A stretch of 63,798 nt of DNA, filler included, from Octopus bimaculoides (lineage: Eukaryota), in NCBI RefSeq assembly GCF_001194135.2. It is 5 parts of 5 records of this genome, joined end to end, with 100 filler letters (N's around TTAATTAATTAA, not from the genome) between each part and the next. Parts side by side here need not be neighbours in the genome. Positions count along the whole stretch, not along the records: positions 1 to 16,478 come from NC_068985.1; positions 16,579 to 42,377 come from NC_068986.1; 3 more parts are not named here. The stretch is one strand, 5' to 3'. The position numbers were made by a program, and so were the translations under genes. The notes under the pieces were generated by a model that saw only the letters and a program-made list of their open reading frames with translations, did no database searches and had not been told where the DNA came from. Below, piece after piece: positions 11,821 through 25,115 of this stretch (position 1 is its first letter; every line of letters begins with the position of its first letter).

Positions 11821-12021
11821 AAGGTGGCGAGCTGGCAGAAGCGGTGGCACGCCAGGCAAAGTGTTTAGCAGCATTTCGTCCGTCTTTAGATTCTGACTTC
11901 AAATTCCTCCGAGGTTGACTTTACACTTCATCCTTTCGGGGTCGATAAAATAAGTACTAGTTGATGTAATCGACTTATCTCCTCCTCCGAAATTGTTGGC
12001 CTTGTGCCAACATTTGAAATC
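11821..12021 (+). mobile_element. tRNA-derived SINE family 1
   Basis: A-box-like ggcgagctggcagaa, B-box-like gacttcaaattcc, core cctttcggggtcgataaaataagtac. Confidence 0.9.
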
Positions 12022-12322
12022 ATTACTTGTATATTTAGGATGTTCCTCATCATATATCTTCAGGTAATTTCGGAAATATAATCTTACCATCGTAGATAAT
12101 ATCAAGAAATATAATATAGTATCAATGACTACAATTTTACTTTTCTAAAATTCCTTGTTTTTCACAGAATAATGTTTAAATAATTACTAATTTTCAAAAC
12201 AGAAGTAATTATTACGTTCATGTAAGCTTAATCAAAATAATATTTTAAAAAATGAAAAGAAATATGAAAACAAAATTACTCTCCATGTTGATATTCGGTG
12301 AAGATTATAAAATCAAGGGAAG

Positions 12323-12655
12323 GCGCGTGGTTTAGCGGTGACGGTATCGGTTCACGATCGTAAGTTTGCGAGTTCAGTTACCAGCGATGCATTGTGTTTT
12401 TGAGTGAGACACTTTTATTTCACGTTGCTTCAGTTCACTCAGCTGGCGAAAATGCCTAGTACATGTATGTCAAAGTGCTAGCCTTGTCACGTTGAATCAC
12501 TCTGAGAACTACGTTAAGGGTGTCTGTATCTGTGGAGTGGAAATCACTTGCACGTTAATTTCACCTGCAGGCTGCTCCGTTGACCGGATCAACTGGAATC
12601 CTAATCGTCGTAACCGATGGAGTGCCAGTTTATAAAATAAAAAGCTTTGAATGGG
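12323..12655 (+). mobile_element. tRNA-derived SINE family 3
   Basis: ggcgcgtggtttagcggt...gagttcagttacc...ttgagtgagacacttttatttcacgttgc matches 34683-34935 and 45787-46020. Confidence 0.8.
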
Positions 12656-12839
12656 AGTTGTTTCATAATATTCGAATAATAATTCACTGTATTGTACTAT
12701 GTTAATATACATTCTGTTTTATTTTCAACTGGTGAAAACTGACCAATAACAAGTATACATTTCACACGGTTCAACCAGAAAGCCAACCTAGGATCTTCAC
12801 TACAATATTATCAATTATATTCAACGCTGGCAAAATCGT

Positions 12840-13010
12840 TATCACAGTGGGAAAATTGCTTAGCAGCATTTCGCTTGTCTTTACGTATATATCTCAAAAT
12901 CCGAAGTCGAGTTTGCCATTCTTACTTTTGGTGTAAGAGCACAGTTGAGCACAGGGGTCGATGTTTCCCTCATCCGAACCTGTTTTCTTGTGCCAAAATT
13001 TGAAATCAAT
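12840..13010 (+). mobile_element. Degenerate SINE family 1 copy
   Basis: gcttagcagcatttcg...gaagtcgagtttgcc...gagcacaggggtcgatgt...gtgccaaaatttgaaatc. Confidence 0.65.
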
Positions 13011-14003
13011 ATTATAAAATATATGTAATATAATGTTACTAAACCACCTTCCACCTACTTGCGTAGTATTAAAAAAATCTAGGGGTGGGATTAATCATAA
13101 AAATTGTTTTATGACTTTTTGATGAATAGAAAATGTCTTTTAAATGTAAGAACAGGTATCTATCATCTAACTTATAAATATAAGCTATAAGATTGGTCAT
13201 CCTTTTCATCGAATTTAACATTTTGAAGGCGCCTTTCATATATTTCTTGTTCATGCAATTTTATCGGTATTTCACTTTATTAGTGCTACACTCCATACGA
13301 TAAGTATTACCCCGTTTTATCGATTTTCACAAATATTTTATGCCACATCTTTATATTCTTCAAGTTTTAAATGATTTCACACTACAAACCTATAGTGTTT
13401 TCTTTTTTTCCTTTCTGTAGCCCCGTTTTTATTGCCATTTTAAAGCTGAATTTCTTGAAAAAGGCGTATTCGAGTTTCGTATGTACTAGCGGTTCATTAA
13501 TTACGTCGAAAAATAAGTTCATATGACTGACTTTGTAAATCCTGCATACGATTTATTATAGAAATCTATTTTTAAAGTCTTCATAGCAACAGGGCTGTAT
13601 TTTTTGCGAAGAAAATTTCGAAAAGATATTTTTCATATGCTGTAAGAATCCCTCAAATAGAGAAGTAGCTCCATCAAAATAATTGATTCGCACATGAACA
13701 AAAATTCTAAAATAAAAAGGGTATGGAAAATGGGTTTGAACCAATACAACGAAACGTGAGATGGAACTGCAGCCCTAAGTTTCACGGATTGATTCTACTT
13801 GCAATATTTATTTTTTAATATCAGATGCTGGTGTATGTTTGAAATAGATACATGCTGCGCAATAAGTTGCAAGAAAAGGGATTGACTAGCGCCATGGTCA
13901 ACTAACAATAATGAGCATGCCTCCCACATACACACACAGACTCACACGCCCATGCCCTTCGACACACACACACACACGCACACACACACACACACACACA
14001 TAA

Positions 14004-14035
<32 letters not shown>

Positions 14036-14049
14036 GTAAGTATGTATGT

Positions 14050-15219
14050 GTGTGTGTATATATATATAGATCAAATTTACAGAAAAACAGGTGTAGGAAC
14101 TACAAGTACGGGTATTAGTTTAACTATCGGGAAAAAGTCATTTACGCTCCGACAGAAATGAATGACAAAAAAGGTAGAGATAATGAAAAAAAGAAGAGAG
14201 GAAAAGTGTGTAGAGTTCAGCTATCTAACATGGCGAGATGACTGGAAAAAACAAGAGGGAGATAATAATGGTGATCCCTACGAACTAAGGTGCTCAAGCG
14301 AGGGCGTGTATGTGAGAATGTGTGTGTAAGTGTGTATGAGTGTATGTGTGAATGGGGCGATTGAGTCTGATATGTGTGTGTGCGTGTGCAATATGTCTCT
14401 GTGTTTTATGTGCAGCAGTTGATATGTGATTTTACAACTGGTATGTGCACATGTCTATGTATGTATGTGAGGAAATAGAGCGCATGTGTATAATGTATAT
14501 TTGTGGGTTAAAGTTATCGTTGTCTATGTGTGTTGTGTGTGTTTATACATTTTGCGTCTGTTTATGAGTTTTGCATGTGTTTATATGTTTTGCGTGTGTG
14601 TGTATATAACATCTGTGTTTAGGTTTTTGTGCTTGAGTGGGTGTGGGAATATATATACTGTCTGCTTGTGAGAGTATGGGAGTGTGCAATATGGTGTGTA
14701 GTGTGTATTGAATTAAACATTGCGCTTGGATGCTGCAATAGTGGTATGTTTGGTGACGCTATTGAAGATTGTGTGTGGCTATGTCAATAATGGTTTGTGG
14801 CGTGGATGCTGAGAAGTGGTCGGTGCAATGTGTGTGCAGTGGAAGGGTTTTTATGGGTGTATGTAATGGTGTGTAAAGTAAGGGATGATTCAGACAGTGT
14901 GTATGTGTGTTTATCATGGTGTGTGTGTCGTGAGGGTACCGAGGTGGGCGGTGTGTGGGAACACGTGTGGGATTGGTGTCAGATGAATACAGGAGGTGAG
15001 TTGAGCCGATATGGCGGAAAGGAAAGAAGAGAAGATTAATTCCTCTTCGCAGCAAAGGCGGGGGTTCGCGTGGCCACTGTGCAGAAACAGTCCGAACACA
15101 GAGAGATGTTGTGGTGAATGACCGGTAGAGTAGAATTGGTGCGATACTGGGGTGCCATTGCTGAGTCTGATGTCTTAGAGGCATTCGGTGAATCAGTGAG
15201 CAAAGTAGAAAGAGAGCAG
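14050..15219 (-). mobile_element. PLE lineage B: C-terminal GIY-YIG fragment plus CA-rich 3' tail/pseudo-LTR
   Basis: Minus frame FTECL*DIRLSNGTPVSHQFYSTGHSPQHLSVFGL...EEELIF matches RFxEHLRxI....PVxxHF...HS..DLSVxGL. The tail ends at (TA)n. Confidence 0.7.
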
Positions 15220-15231
15220 GTGTATGTGTGA

Positions 15232-16478
15232 ATGGGGCGATTGAGGCTTATTTGCCCGGCTAAATCTGATATTGGGATTATCAGTAAAAGTATTTTGGAT
15301 AGGTATATTACTATTATAATTGATGGATTACTTTTGAATTTATGGTCTAGTACTGATCAGGTTATTGAGTGGTTTCGTTCTATTGAAAACAAATGTAATG
15401 CTAAATTTATTCAGTTTGATATTTCAAATTTTTATGCTTCTATTAACCCTAGCGTACTTAATAAGGCTCTTTGGTTCTTCCATAACAAGGCAGGGCTTAC
15501 TAGGGATGAAATAGAAGTAGTGTTAGCAGCTCGGAAGTCCTTTATTTCTTTTAATGATAAGATTTGGATTCGTGAAGATACTCCTAATGCTGTCGATGTT
15601 CCTATGGGAAGTTCTAACTCAGCTCAAATAGCGGATGTTGTGGGTTCCTATATTTTGTATGAATTGGCTGATCAATTCCCTGTGGTTAGGGGCGGTTTAT
15701 ATAGGGACGATTGTCTTATTTATATTAGGAATTATTCTACCCAATGTTTGCAGAGACTTAAAGGTATTTTATCGAGATTTTTTAATAGGATGGGAATGAG
15801 TGTCACTTACGATGATGATATTTCGCTAGCTAATTATTTAGATTTGACACTTGATATCAAAAAACGATACGTATAGACCGTACCATAAACCGTCTACTAA
15901 TTTGAAATATATAAGTAGATGGAGTAACCACCCTAGAAGTATTATTGATAATTTAGTTAGAAATATTTCGATTAGGTTTTCTAAGTTATCACCTAATCAT
16001 GTTGTTTTCGATAATGAAGCTCCTTTTTATAATGAAGCTCTAAATAGGGCTGGTTTTAAAGATAAGGTATATTATGTTGAACGTGAATCTGGTGAGGTTA
16101 GAGTAGATAGGGATGTTAGGAATAATAAGCTTAGATTGGTTAGGAGTAATAATAAAAAAAATTATGATCATAGATATAATCGTAATAATGTCATGCGTAA
16201 TTCTAAATGTTTTAGGTATTTTGCAAAAGTCTTTAATAATATTAATGATGGTTATCTTTGGTTTATTTTACCATTTGGTAAAAATGTTAAGTCAAATTTG
16301 GTAGCTCAGTTTAGGGAGGTAATTAGTAAGCATTTCCCTACAAATTCGCGTTACGGTAAAATTATTAATACGCATAGTGTTAGGTTTAGTTTTTCCAATA
16401 CTAAGAACCTAGAGCAGATTATTGCAGCACATAATTCTAAAGTTCTTAAGACAGGCATGAATGGAATGAATAGGGATG
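15232..16478 (+). mobile_element. Penelope-like element RT core and thumb (lineage A), one frameshift, truncated by a gap
   Basis: RLICPAKSDIGIISK, KFIQFDISNFYASI, VPMGSSNSAQIADVVG, GGLYRDDCLI, YLDLTLD, YRPYHKP...YISRWSNHP. Related to 4678-6540. Confidence 0.9.
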
Positions 16479-16578
16479 NNNNNNNNNNNNNNNNNNNNNN
16501 NNNNNNNNNNNNNNNNNNNNNNTTAATTAATTAANNNNNNNNNNNNNNNNNNNNNNNNNNNNNNNNNNNNNNNNNNNN

Positions 16579-16614
<36 letters not shown>

Positions 16615-16819
16615 GAGTATGTGTGAGTGTTAGTGTGTGTATTCCGCAAAACCATGTGTATATTATGCACTTTTTCCAAAAATCAATATTAAATTTCGAG
16701 GTGCGTATGATACTTAATATTAAGGTGCCAAGTTATTTCCAAAATCGCTTTATTAAAAGAAACACAATAATGTAATAAATCTTTAATATATAGTCGCAAT
16801 ATTATAATACAGTATAAGG

Positions 16820-16820
<1 letters not shown>

Positions 16821-16889
<69 letters not shown>
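16821..16889. repeat. (GATA)n microsatellite
   Basis: Pure GATA run. Confidence 0.95.
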
Positions 16890-16925
16890 GTGTACAAATA
16901 TATACGTACCTACTTACATACACAC

Positions 16926-16985
<60 letters not shown>

Positions 16986-16989
16986 TTAA

Positions 16990-17870
16990 TACTCACGGAT
17001 GAGGTAGGTGGAAACTCAGTTATTGTCCCTGATGGATTTCCAGCAATACTTCTCAAATCGTCCAAACACGCCCTTCCAAAATCATTGCAGCTTCCTTTTT
17101 AGAGCTTTCTTGCTAATGATAAGCTCCCAGGCAAATTGCTGGAAGGTATAATATGCCCATTCCATAAAGGAGAAAGCAGAGCAGATGCTTAAATCTACCG
17201 GTCTATCTTTCTGACTTCACACATCAACAAAATCATGGAACGATTATTCAGAAGGAAAGTAATTGATCATGACTTCCTGGCTGAAACACAGAGTGATTTT
17301 CGTCCAGGTAGAAGCTTCCCGACACAGCTCTTGCAGCACTACGACTGGGTATTAAAGCAGCGGCTCACCAACTCAAATACTGCTGTGATATATCTAGACT
17401 TTTTAAGAGATTTTGATAAAATTGACCATGGTGTATTTCAAAAGCTGCGTGATCTCAGCATAGTGGGGAAAAAATTAATAGATAGAAGTCAGGCAGCGGC
17501 GGACAATGGAATCCACCTCAAGAGAAACACTACTAGGACGTGGTGTTCCACAGAGCTCTATGTTAGAACCATTACTATTCATGGTGGCTCTCGCAAGCAT
17601 GCTTTGAGCCACTCAGATAGCCAAAATAGCTAGCTATGCAGAAATCATAAAAAAGTATCTCAGAAAATATAGAACCCTGGAGGTGTTGCGGACCTACAAC
17701 AGGAATTAAGTGCAATAAACTAGTGGGCTGAAGATATTAATAATCAATTTAATGCTGGAAATTTCCAATCCCTACAACACCACCACACGAAGCTTAACTG
17801 AACGCAGGCATTAATACACTAGCCCAGACGCGTTACAATCCCTGAATCAAAATCAGTGCGCGGATATCCC
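16990..17870 (+). mobile_element. Degenerate CR1/L2-like LINE reverse transcriptase fragment
   Basis: YRSIFLTSHINKIMER, QSDFRPGRSFPTQLL, VIYLDFLRDFDKIDHG, GVPQSSMLEPLLF, SYAE (normally YADD). Confidence 0.8.
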
Positions 17871-18162
17871 AGAAACAGCTGTAAGACTTTGAATTTTTTC
17901 CAATAATAATATTGTTTACAACTTGAGATGTTTGCCTTGCCTTAATGTCTGTTGTCCTCTTTAACAATTATATATCCGCTGCATCGGAAATCTGCGTTGG
18001 CTCCACAACTACCGTCTGGGCTATAACCTTGGAGCCCGAAAAATCCGTTACAGCACTTACCTAGCATACCTCATCGTTTAGATCATTTGTGAACTAAACC
18101 CCATATTTTGTGTGTGTATATATATATATATGTTTGTGTGTGTGTGTGTGTGTATGTGTGTG

Positions 18163-18213
<51 letters not shown>

Positions 18214-18515
18214 TTATATGTATGCATATGTATATAAATATATATATTTTACTTGTTTCTGTCATTGGATACGACCTGTCCTCATACTAATACATCCTTT
18301 TGTTATTTACACCACCTGTCCTCGTCTGTTGTTGTTTTTTCGTATATTCTCCCACATATTAGGGTACGGCTTTGAAGGATTTAGTCGTGCAAATCGGCCC
18401 TAGCACTCATGTCGTTTGTTAACATCTGGTATATCATCTATTGGTGTCTCTTGCCGAATCATAATGAAAGCAACAACGAAGATTAAGACAGAACTCCGAC
18501 TAAAACATGGTAGAC

Positions 18516-18570
<55 letters not shown>

Positions 18571-18604
18571 GAGAGAGGGAGAGAGAGGGAGAGAGAGAGA
18601 GGGA

Positions 18605-18638
<34 letters not shown>

Positions 18639-18759
18639 TTCGCACTGTAGTACGAGACGTATTTGAAGGCATATTTGGTAATCTAAAATCTAATTCTAAA
18701 AGCTAATTCATCATTATTTTACAATGATTTATAATTTAAGCAATAGTCCAGAAATATCG

Positions 18760-19040
18760 GAGAGGTGGAACGTCAATTACATCGACCCCAGTACTCAACT
18801 GGTATTTATCTTATCGACCCTGAAATGATGAAAGGCATAGTCAAACTCGGCAGAGCTTGAACTCAGGACTGAAAATGAATCGATAATACTGACCTATGTA
18901 CTCAATTGGCCCTTTATTTTATTGATATCCGGAAAAGAAGAAATGCGAATTTAACCAGGGCCGCATTAAAAATTAGAGCGTAGCCCACTGGAAGAACTAC
19001 CACATGGCATTTTCCCCGAAGCTCTAACTATTTTGTCGGC
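18760..19040 (-). mobile_element. Degenerate SINE family 1 copy or copies
   Basis: aattacatcgaccccagtactcaactggtatttatcttatcgaccctgaaatgatgaaaggc...gcttgaactcagga. Confidence 0.7.
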
Positions 19041-20179
19041 TTGCTGTCTTATATATGCTCGCTATTAATGCAGCGGTCTCAGAAACGTAGAAATTAGCTA
19101 TGGTTGATGAACCTGTCTTGCAAGACAATTAACATAGCGATTATTTTAAGAATCCATTAGGCATCGATGCATAGAATTGCATTGAAAAGGATCTACATGT
19201 TAACACAAGTTCTTTTAAATGCAGTGAATTAGCGATGAGAATGGATGGTTTTAAATGTCTATTACGCAATAATACAACCTTTAAATTAAGCAATAAGTCT
19301 ATAAAAATCAGTCGCTATTTATTTATAACATGGCTTTCAGAGAATCTTACAAAAGTGTATTAATTAATACCGCAACAATAACGGTGAAGATCGTCCACTT
19401 TGAAATACACTGCTAAATCAAAATGCCGCTTATTATAGTACTTCATTGTTTGAGTTTCTTGAAGCAGCAACGTTTCTTCCGAGCGAAAAGAGAAAAGAAT
19501 TGCCCTTAAAAGATCGCTTAAAATTTCTTGTGTGAAAGAATTATTATTCTCTCCTGGCTCTTACCGGAAACTGACGGAAGTCCAAAGCGCCGTAAGCAAT
19601 TGCAATTTCTAAGTTATCTTGAATGGAGTTGAAATCTTCGTGGCGAAGAATAAAAACAGGCAGATTTTTGTAACGAAATACCTGTCTATTCATGGAATCT
19701 AAATTAGGGTAAATAATTTTATATATTTTGAACAAAGCATTTTCATGCTAGCAGTACGAAAATGGCAGTCTGATAGGGGATTTTTTGCTCCCTCCAAACC
19801 GTTGGAACAGGGAGATTCCATTTTTTCCAACCAGCTATGCCAGTCACTTGAACTCGCTAAACAAATTAAATTGCCTGTGACAATTATAAGCAACTAGTTG
19901 ACAATCCAAATATAGCTTGTATATTTTAAAATCATGTGTAAAATATTCAAGCAATGTGTCTGGATGATTTTTGCATTCTCTTGGAGGGTTAAAAGTGTAT
20001 TTAGAATATATTAAAATATGAAACGAAACCAAAATGTTAACAAAAGCAATATGATGTATCATGATATTTATGCATGTATTAGTAAAAGTAAAAACGATTT
20101 GATAATAAATAAATTTAATCTAAACTTACTCACAATAAACCAAATATGAGCAACTGGTCAATCCCTAAAAAGTATTTGT

Positions 20180-20816
20180 TCTAACGGCCCGGTCGATATA
20201 AGCGTGTGGATCCTATCGACCGGCCAAAGCCAGTAACTGCGGGGCGCTGCCCTGCGATCAGAAGGCGGACGCCACGCGCCTACTGTCCCGACGAGAACGG
20301 TTCGAAACGACAAATGGGAGAAGTCCGTCCGATACCGGCACCCTGAATATCGTGTGCCGTCGAGACTGAAGACAACCATCCTCGGAACGAGTAGCCACCA
20401 CCAGTCCCCTCGCGATCGCGGTGAATGGTTCTACCCGTTTACCCCTGTGCGGTTTCAGGGTCTCTTGAACTCTTTTTCCAACGTTCTTTTAAGCTTTCCC
20501 TCGGGATACCTGTCGGCTATCGGACTCATCCCCGTATTTAATATTGGATGGAGCTTACCACCCACAGTGGGCTGCGTTCCCAAGCAACTCAACTCTCAGG
20601 CCAAAGAACACTGCCGATCGTTACCGGCTCTCAGCAGCCCCGATCGAGTGTACGTCCCTTGCGCCACAGCTCTCGACAACCGGCACGGCCGACAAGGTTC
20701 AGCGTTGGACTTCGCCAGATTCACTCAACTTTACATCCGGAATCCTGGTTGATTTCCTTTCCTTCATTTAGCGATATGCTTAAGTTCAGCGGGTAGGCTC
20801 GTCTGAGTCGAGGGCA
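20180..20816 (-). rRNA. Isolated 5' fragment of 28S rRNA (D1-D2 region), probable pseudogene
   Basis: Sense ACCCGCTGAACTTAAGCATATC (20773-20794) and CCGATAGCCGACAGGTATCCCGAGGGAAAGCTTAAAAGAACGTTGGAAAAAGAGTTCAAGAG match universal 28S motifs but with several substitutions. GC-rich island, truncated within D2. Confidence 0.85.
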
Positions 20817-21155
20817 GCGTGACCAGGAAGAAAACCAACAAAATATATAACGTGGAAGAAAGCGGGCTGCGTCAGTGGGCTTGCACGGCGATTCACATGT
20901 CGAACACCGACCAACGACGACCAAAGCGGAAGAAAGAAAGAACAGATAAGAGGCGGGTTGAGAAAACCTTTCGCAGGCGAGTGGCAGCGGCGGTCACTGC
21001 CTCGTCGGAAGGGAGGCGAGACATCTTCTGCAAAGGCGGTGTTGCCGTCGTAAAGCGCAACGCTGCGCAACGGTGACCGCTGGCATGATGGGAGACGATA
21101 AATTGAGCAGGAGACAGAGAATTGTTATGGTGTTGCTCCCCGCCCGCGTCCTTTC
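20817..21155 (-). other. ITS2-like spacer contiguous with the 28S fragment
   Basis: GC-rich sequence immediately 5' of the 28S start. No 5.8S end recognised upstream. Confidence 0.6.
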
Positions 21156-24100
21156 ATGATAAAATAATATAAATAGACATAAAATCATAACTGATTATAT
21201 GTGCGAACCTAAGATTTACACCTACATATGTACCGCTCTCTCTTTCTGTCTCTTTCTACCTATCTATCTATCTATCTATCTATTTATCAAGACAGACAGA
21301 TAGATAGATAGATAGATAGATAGATACATACATACATACATACATACATACATACATACATACATACATACATACAGCTAAATACTAATCTCGAGAAGTT
21401 AAGCTTCTCAAAACCAGAAAGAAGAAAGCTAATTCGAAGACTACAGATCTAATCCATCACTGGAACTGTATAAATCTATAAAACTTGCCAGAAGTTCATC
21501 ATTTAAACATATATGAGCATGTCTAGATATGTAGCTATATGCATGAGAATACATACATAAAACGTACAAATCTGCACATATACATACATACAAACATACA
21601 AAAATACGCTGTTTGTTGATGTTGAAATTCCAATGAAGGAGGCTTGGATCTAGGTTAGAAACCAGTTCTTTCTCTGTTGGCAAGAAATCTTGAAATAAAC
21701 TGAATAATTCTACACACACACACATGCACAATATACACACACATGCATATATGTTTGTGAGAGTGTGTGCATACGTGTGTCTGTCTGTCTTTAAATATGC
21801 ATGTATGTATGCATCCATCTATCGGTGTATGCATAGGCATTCACAAACATATGCTTTTACGATTTCTTTACGTTCTGTATAATAGAAACTAGACCGGTCA
21901 GTAGGCATTACTAATGTTGACTAAGTATAGATAGCTAATATAATAGAAATAATTGAATATAGCGTCCTATTAAAATATAGCTTTAGCGGATATTGTCTGT
22001 CCGGAGAAACAAGAATTGCAAGTTTATGTAGAGCAGATAGTTGCAGCTAGAAAATGTAAAGTTTTCAGACAACAGCTGAAGATGTCTGTCAGCCGAAGTA
22101 TATCTTTTGAGACACGGACAATAAAATATAGTATTGAATATTCAACAGTCACATTGTATTGATTTCGTACATAGGCACAAGATCTCGGATTTATTGAAGA
22201 CCGTAAACAATAGTGCATGCTGTTGTTCAAGGAAACTGAATGCATAATGAGAATTTGATCCACCAAGGAAATTAAGATTATACAGCAGATATTGTTATTC
22301 ATATGATGTCGGTTTAAACCTGATTGACCCCCACCACCATAATAAGCGACAGAATTATCGTCTATGGCCGTCGACAGTCAGTCATATGAGTTCAGTTGTG
22401 CAAAATCATTTGACACTGCTCTACACCTATTTAAAACTGTTCCTCTTTCACAATCACCGGACTGCGTACGAGCTAATGGATAAACCAGAAAAACTCATGA
22501 CATCGATATTTACGCTGTCACGTAGTCAATTGTTTCAAACCATATTTTATCGTCTTAAACTCATGATTGGCCAACGGATTCTCAGGTACACGAATAGATG
22601 GGGACAGTCATGGCAGGAATTTCTTTGATGATTGATCTGCTCTACCAGGGCTAGTTTGGGATTAAGCAACATCAATATTCTCATCCTTTTTTCATCTTTA
22701 ATTCTTTATCTCTCTATCTTTTTGCTTATCTATCTGCCATCTATCTATCAACTTGTCTATAAATCATCTATATATCTGCTTATCTGTCTATCTCTCCATC
22801 TCTCTTTATTTGTCTATATTCCATCTCTAAGTATCTAGCTAGTAAGCTATTTTCCTTTTCCTGGTTCAACCAAGTCCTTATTTGCAGGGATGGACAGAGC
22901 TCGATTGTGCATGTCTTCTAAACTTAATCCGTTTCATATTTTCCTCCTCCAGTTCAAAAGAGTACGATCCCCTTATTTCAGATTAAATTTTCTTTATTTC
23001 GTTTTTCTATTTTACTTCTATTATTTTTTATCTAACAACTTGGAGAAGCCAAGTTTTGAATTCCTTCATTTCACTAGGATTTTGTGTAAAAGATAGAATA
23101 AAGCATTTTATCTTAGCATATAGTGCATCAGATATAACATTACAAAAATACATAAAACATTTCGATCCCGAAACAGTTCTTCTTACCAATTGAACCTTTT
23201 TCGATTGATTTCCTATCGATTATTTGTTTTTCTTTATTTATCGATTATTTGTTTCCTTCAAGTCAAGTATAAAATATTCGAATTCTTCTTGTGATATTTT
23301 ATGAACTAGCACATATATGTATTCATAATTATTTATTTACTTCCAACTGCTATTGTTTAGGCCTATTAAGTGTACAGTTATGAGCATTCCAAGCGTGACC
23401 ATCCTGTATTTTGGGATTACTTTGACTAAGTGACATTCCTTCAGGGAGACAGAATGCACGTGTTTGGAGGTATCGTTAATTGAAGTCACGGTAGTTCTTG
23501 ACACTCTTACTTCTTAACGCTGTTAATATTTTAACTAAAGGCTTCGTTCCAAACTCAATAAAATCCTAATCATGGACTCAGCCTACATGCCGAAAACTTT
23601 TACACCCTGCCAGCTTCTGTGATAACAACATAAAATTAAATTAGCATAAAGTTAGATTTTGCAACTTTTGAAAATATCAGGTTTTCAAATCTATTTTTCA
23701 AGTCTTTCTTCAAAATTTCTATTTGTTTTATATTTCATTTTATTTCACTTCGTTTTTATTTGCTATTGTTTTATTGTTCGTCTCTCTGTTCCTGCATATT
23801 GATTTTTCTTCTCTTCTCAATCGTTACTTCTTCACTATAAATAAGAAGTCATAGCGTCTTTCTGCAGTATTTATAGAATAACGCCAGGAAAGTATTTCAT
23901 CTCATAAATATATCAATGAGATCTAAACACTATCAACTAAATTTCCTAACACATTTTGCTAACATTAGTTGTTGTTGTTGTTGTTATTTGATGTTTTTAA
24001 ACCAGTCTTTCTTACATTTTTCTTTTAATTTTACCAGTTTATCTTTTTGTTAAGTGGTTTTTGTTTCTTTAAATTTTCGCTCTTTTTTTTTTTTTGCTTT

Positions 24101-24809
24101 CTTTTTCATTCTTTCAAAAAAGCAAATAAATATCTTAGTTTCAAACACTTTCTTCAGTAAACTCGTAAATATCTCGTTTTCCTCCTCATTCATTTCTCCG
24201 CGGATTACGACTCTCAATATCCCATAGAGAATATTTAAATTTAAAGAAAGTCGTTTGCGCAATGTATATTATTGACTAATACAGCTAAGTGTTCGAGGCT
24301 TCAGGAATCTTTCTTTATGGCGTAGGTAGTATTTATGATATAATTAATAGAACTGGTCTGGCTGTGGATATGATGAGCTTATATGTTCGAATAGTTGGTA
24401 TACACGCTTATTTTGTATTTTACGCTCTCTGCGACTGGTTTTATCATTGGCTTGAGAACAAATTGTATATGACTACAGCAATATATTGTTTGATTTAACA
24501 AGTTTGGTGTTTGTTCACAAAAGTAAAACTTGTATTTATGGTTTGAATGTATTTTCGTCAAAACTATTTTGATATATTGGGTTAATAATTTATCTGCCGT
24601 ATAAATTAGATATATGCAAAATATTAATTAACTGACGTAATATTCGTCTTTTTGATTTCTATTTGTTATGCCTCTGTATATTTTTGTGCGTGTGCAAAGT
24701 TATTATAAAATGTTAAACTTCTGTAGTACACAAACTGTTTTGAGTATGGAGTTAGGGCATGTGATATTCAGTTAACATGTAAATGATACGACGGTGGTTG
24801 TTTCTTTTA

Positions 24810-25075
24810 TTCTTTTACTTGTTTCAGTCATTTGACTGCACTAATGCTGGAGCACCGCCATAAAGGGTTTTAGTTGAAGAAATCGCCCACAGGACTTATT
24901 CTTTGTAAGCCTAGTACTTATTCTATAGGTATCTTTTGACGAATCGCTACGATACGGTGACATAAAGATATCAGCACCAGTTGTAAATTGACGGCGGGCG
25001 GGGGTAGACAAACACATACACATACACACAAACAAACACGCACAAACACACACACACATACATATATGTGTGTGC

Positions 25076-25115
<40 letters not shown>

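Noticed and set aside
13556-13712. Minus-strand acceptor-like site with a 50-codon frame and AATAAA
   Set aside because: No recognisable protein similarity. Such signals are common by chance in AT-rich DNA.
14110-14160. Possible hammerhead remnant in the lineage B tail (minus ctgtcggagcgtaaatgac)
   Set aside because: Too decayed: neither core half nor stem II can be shown.
16523-16534. TTAATTAATTAA centred in N runs, also at 42422-42433, 51328-51339 and 61698-61709
   Set aside because: An identical 12-mer with stops in all six frames in the middle of equal-sized gaps is a scaffolding marker, not biology.
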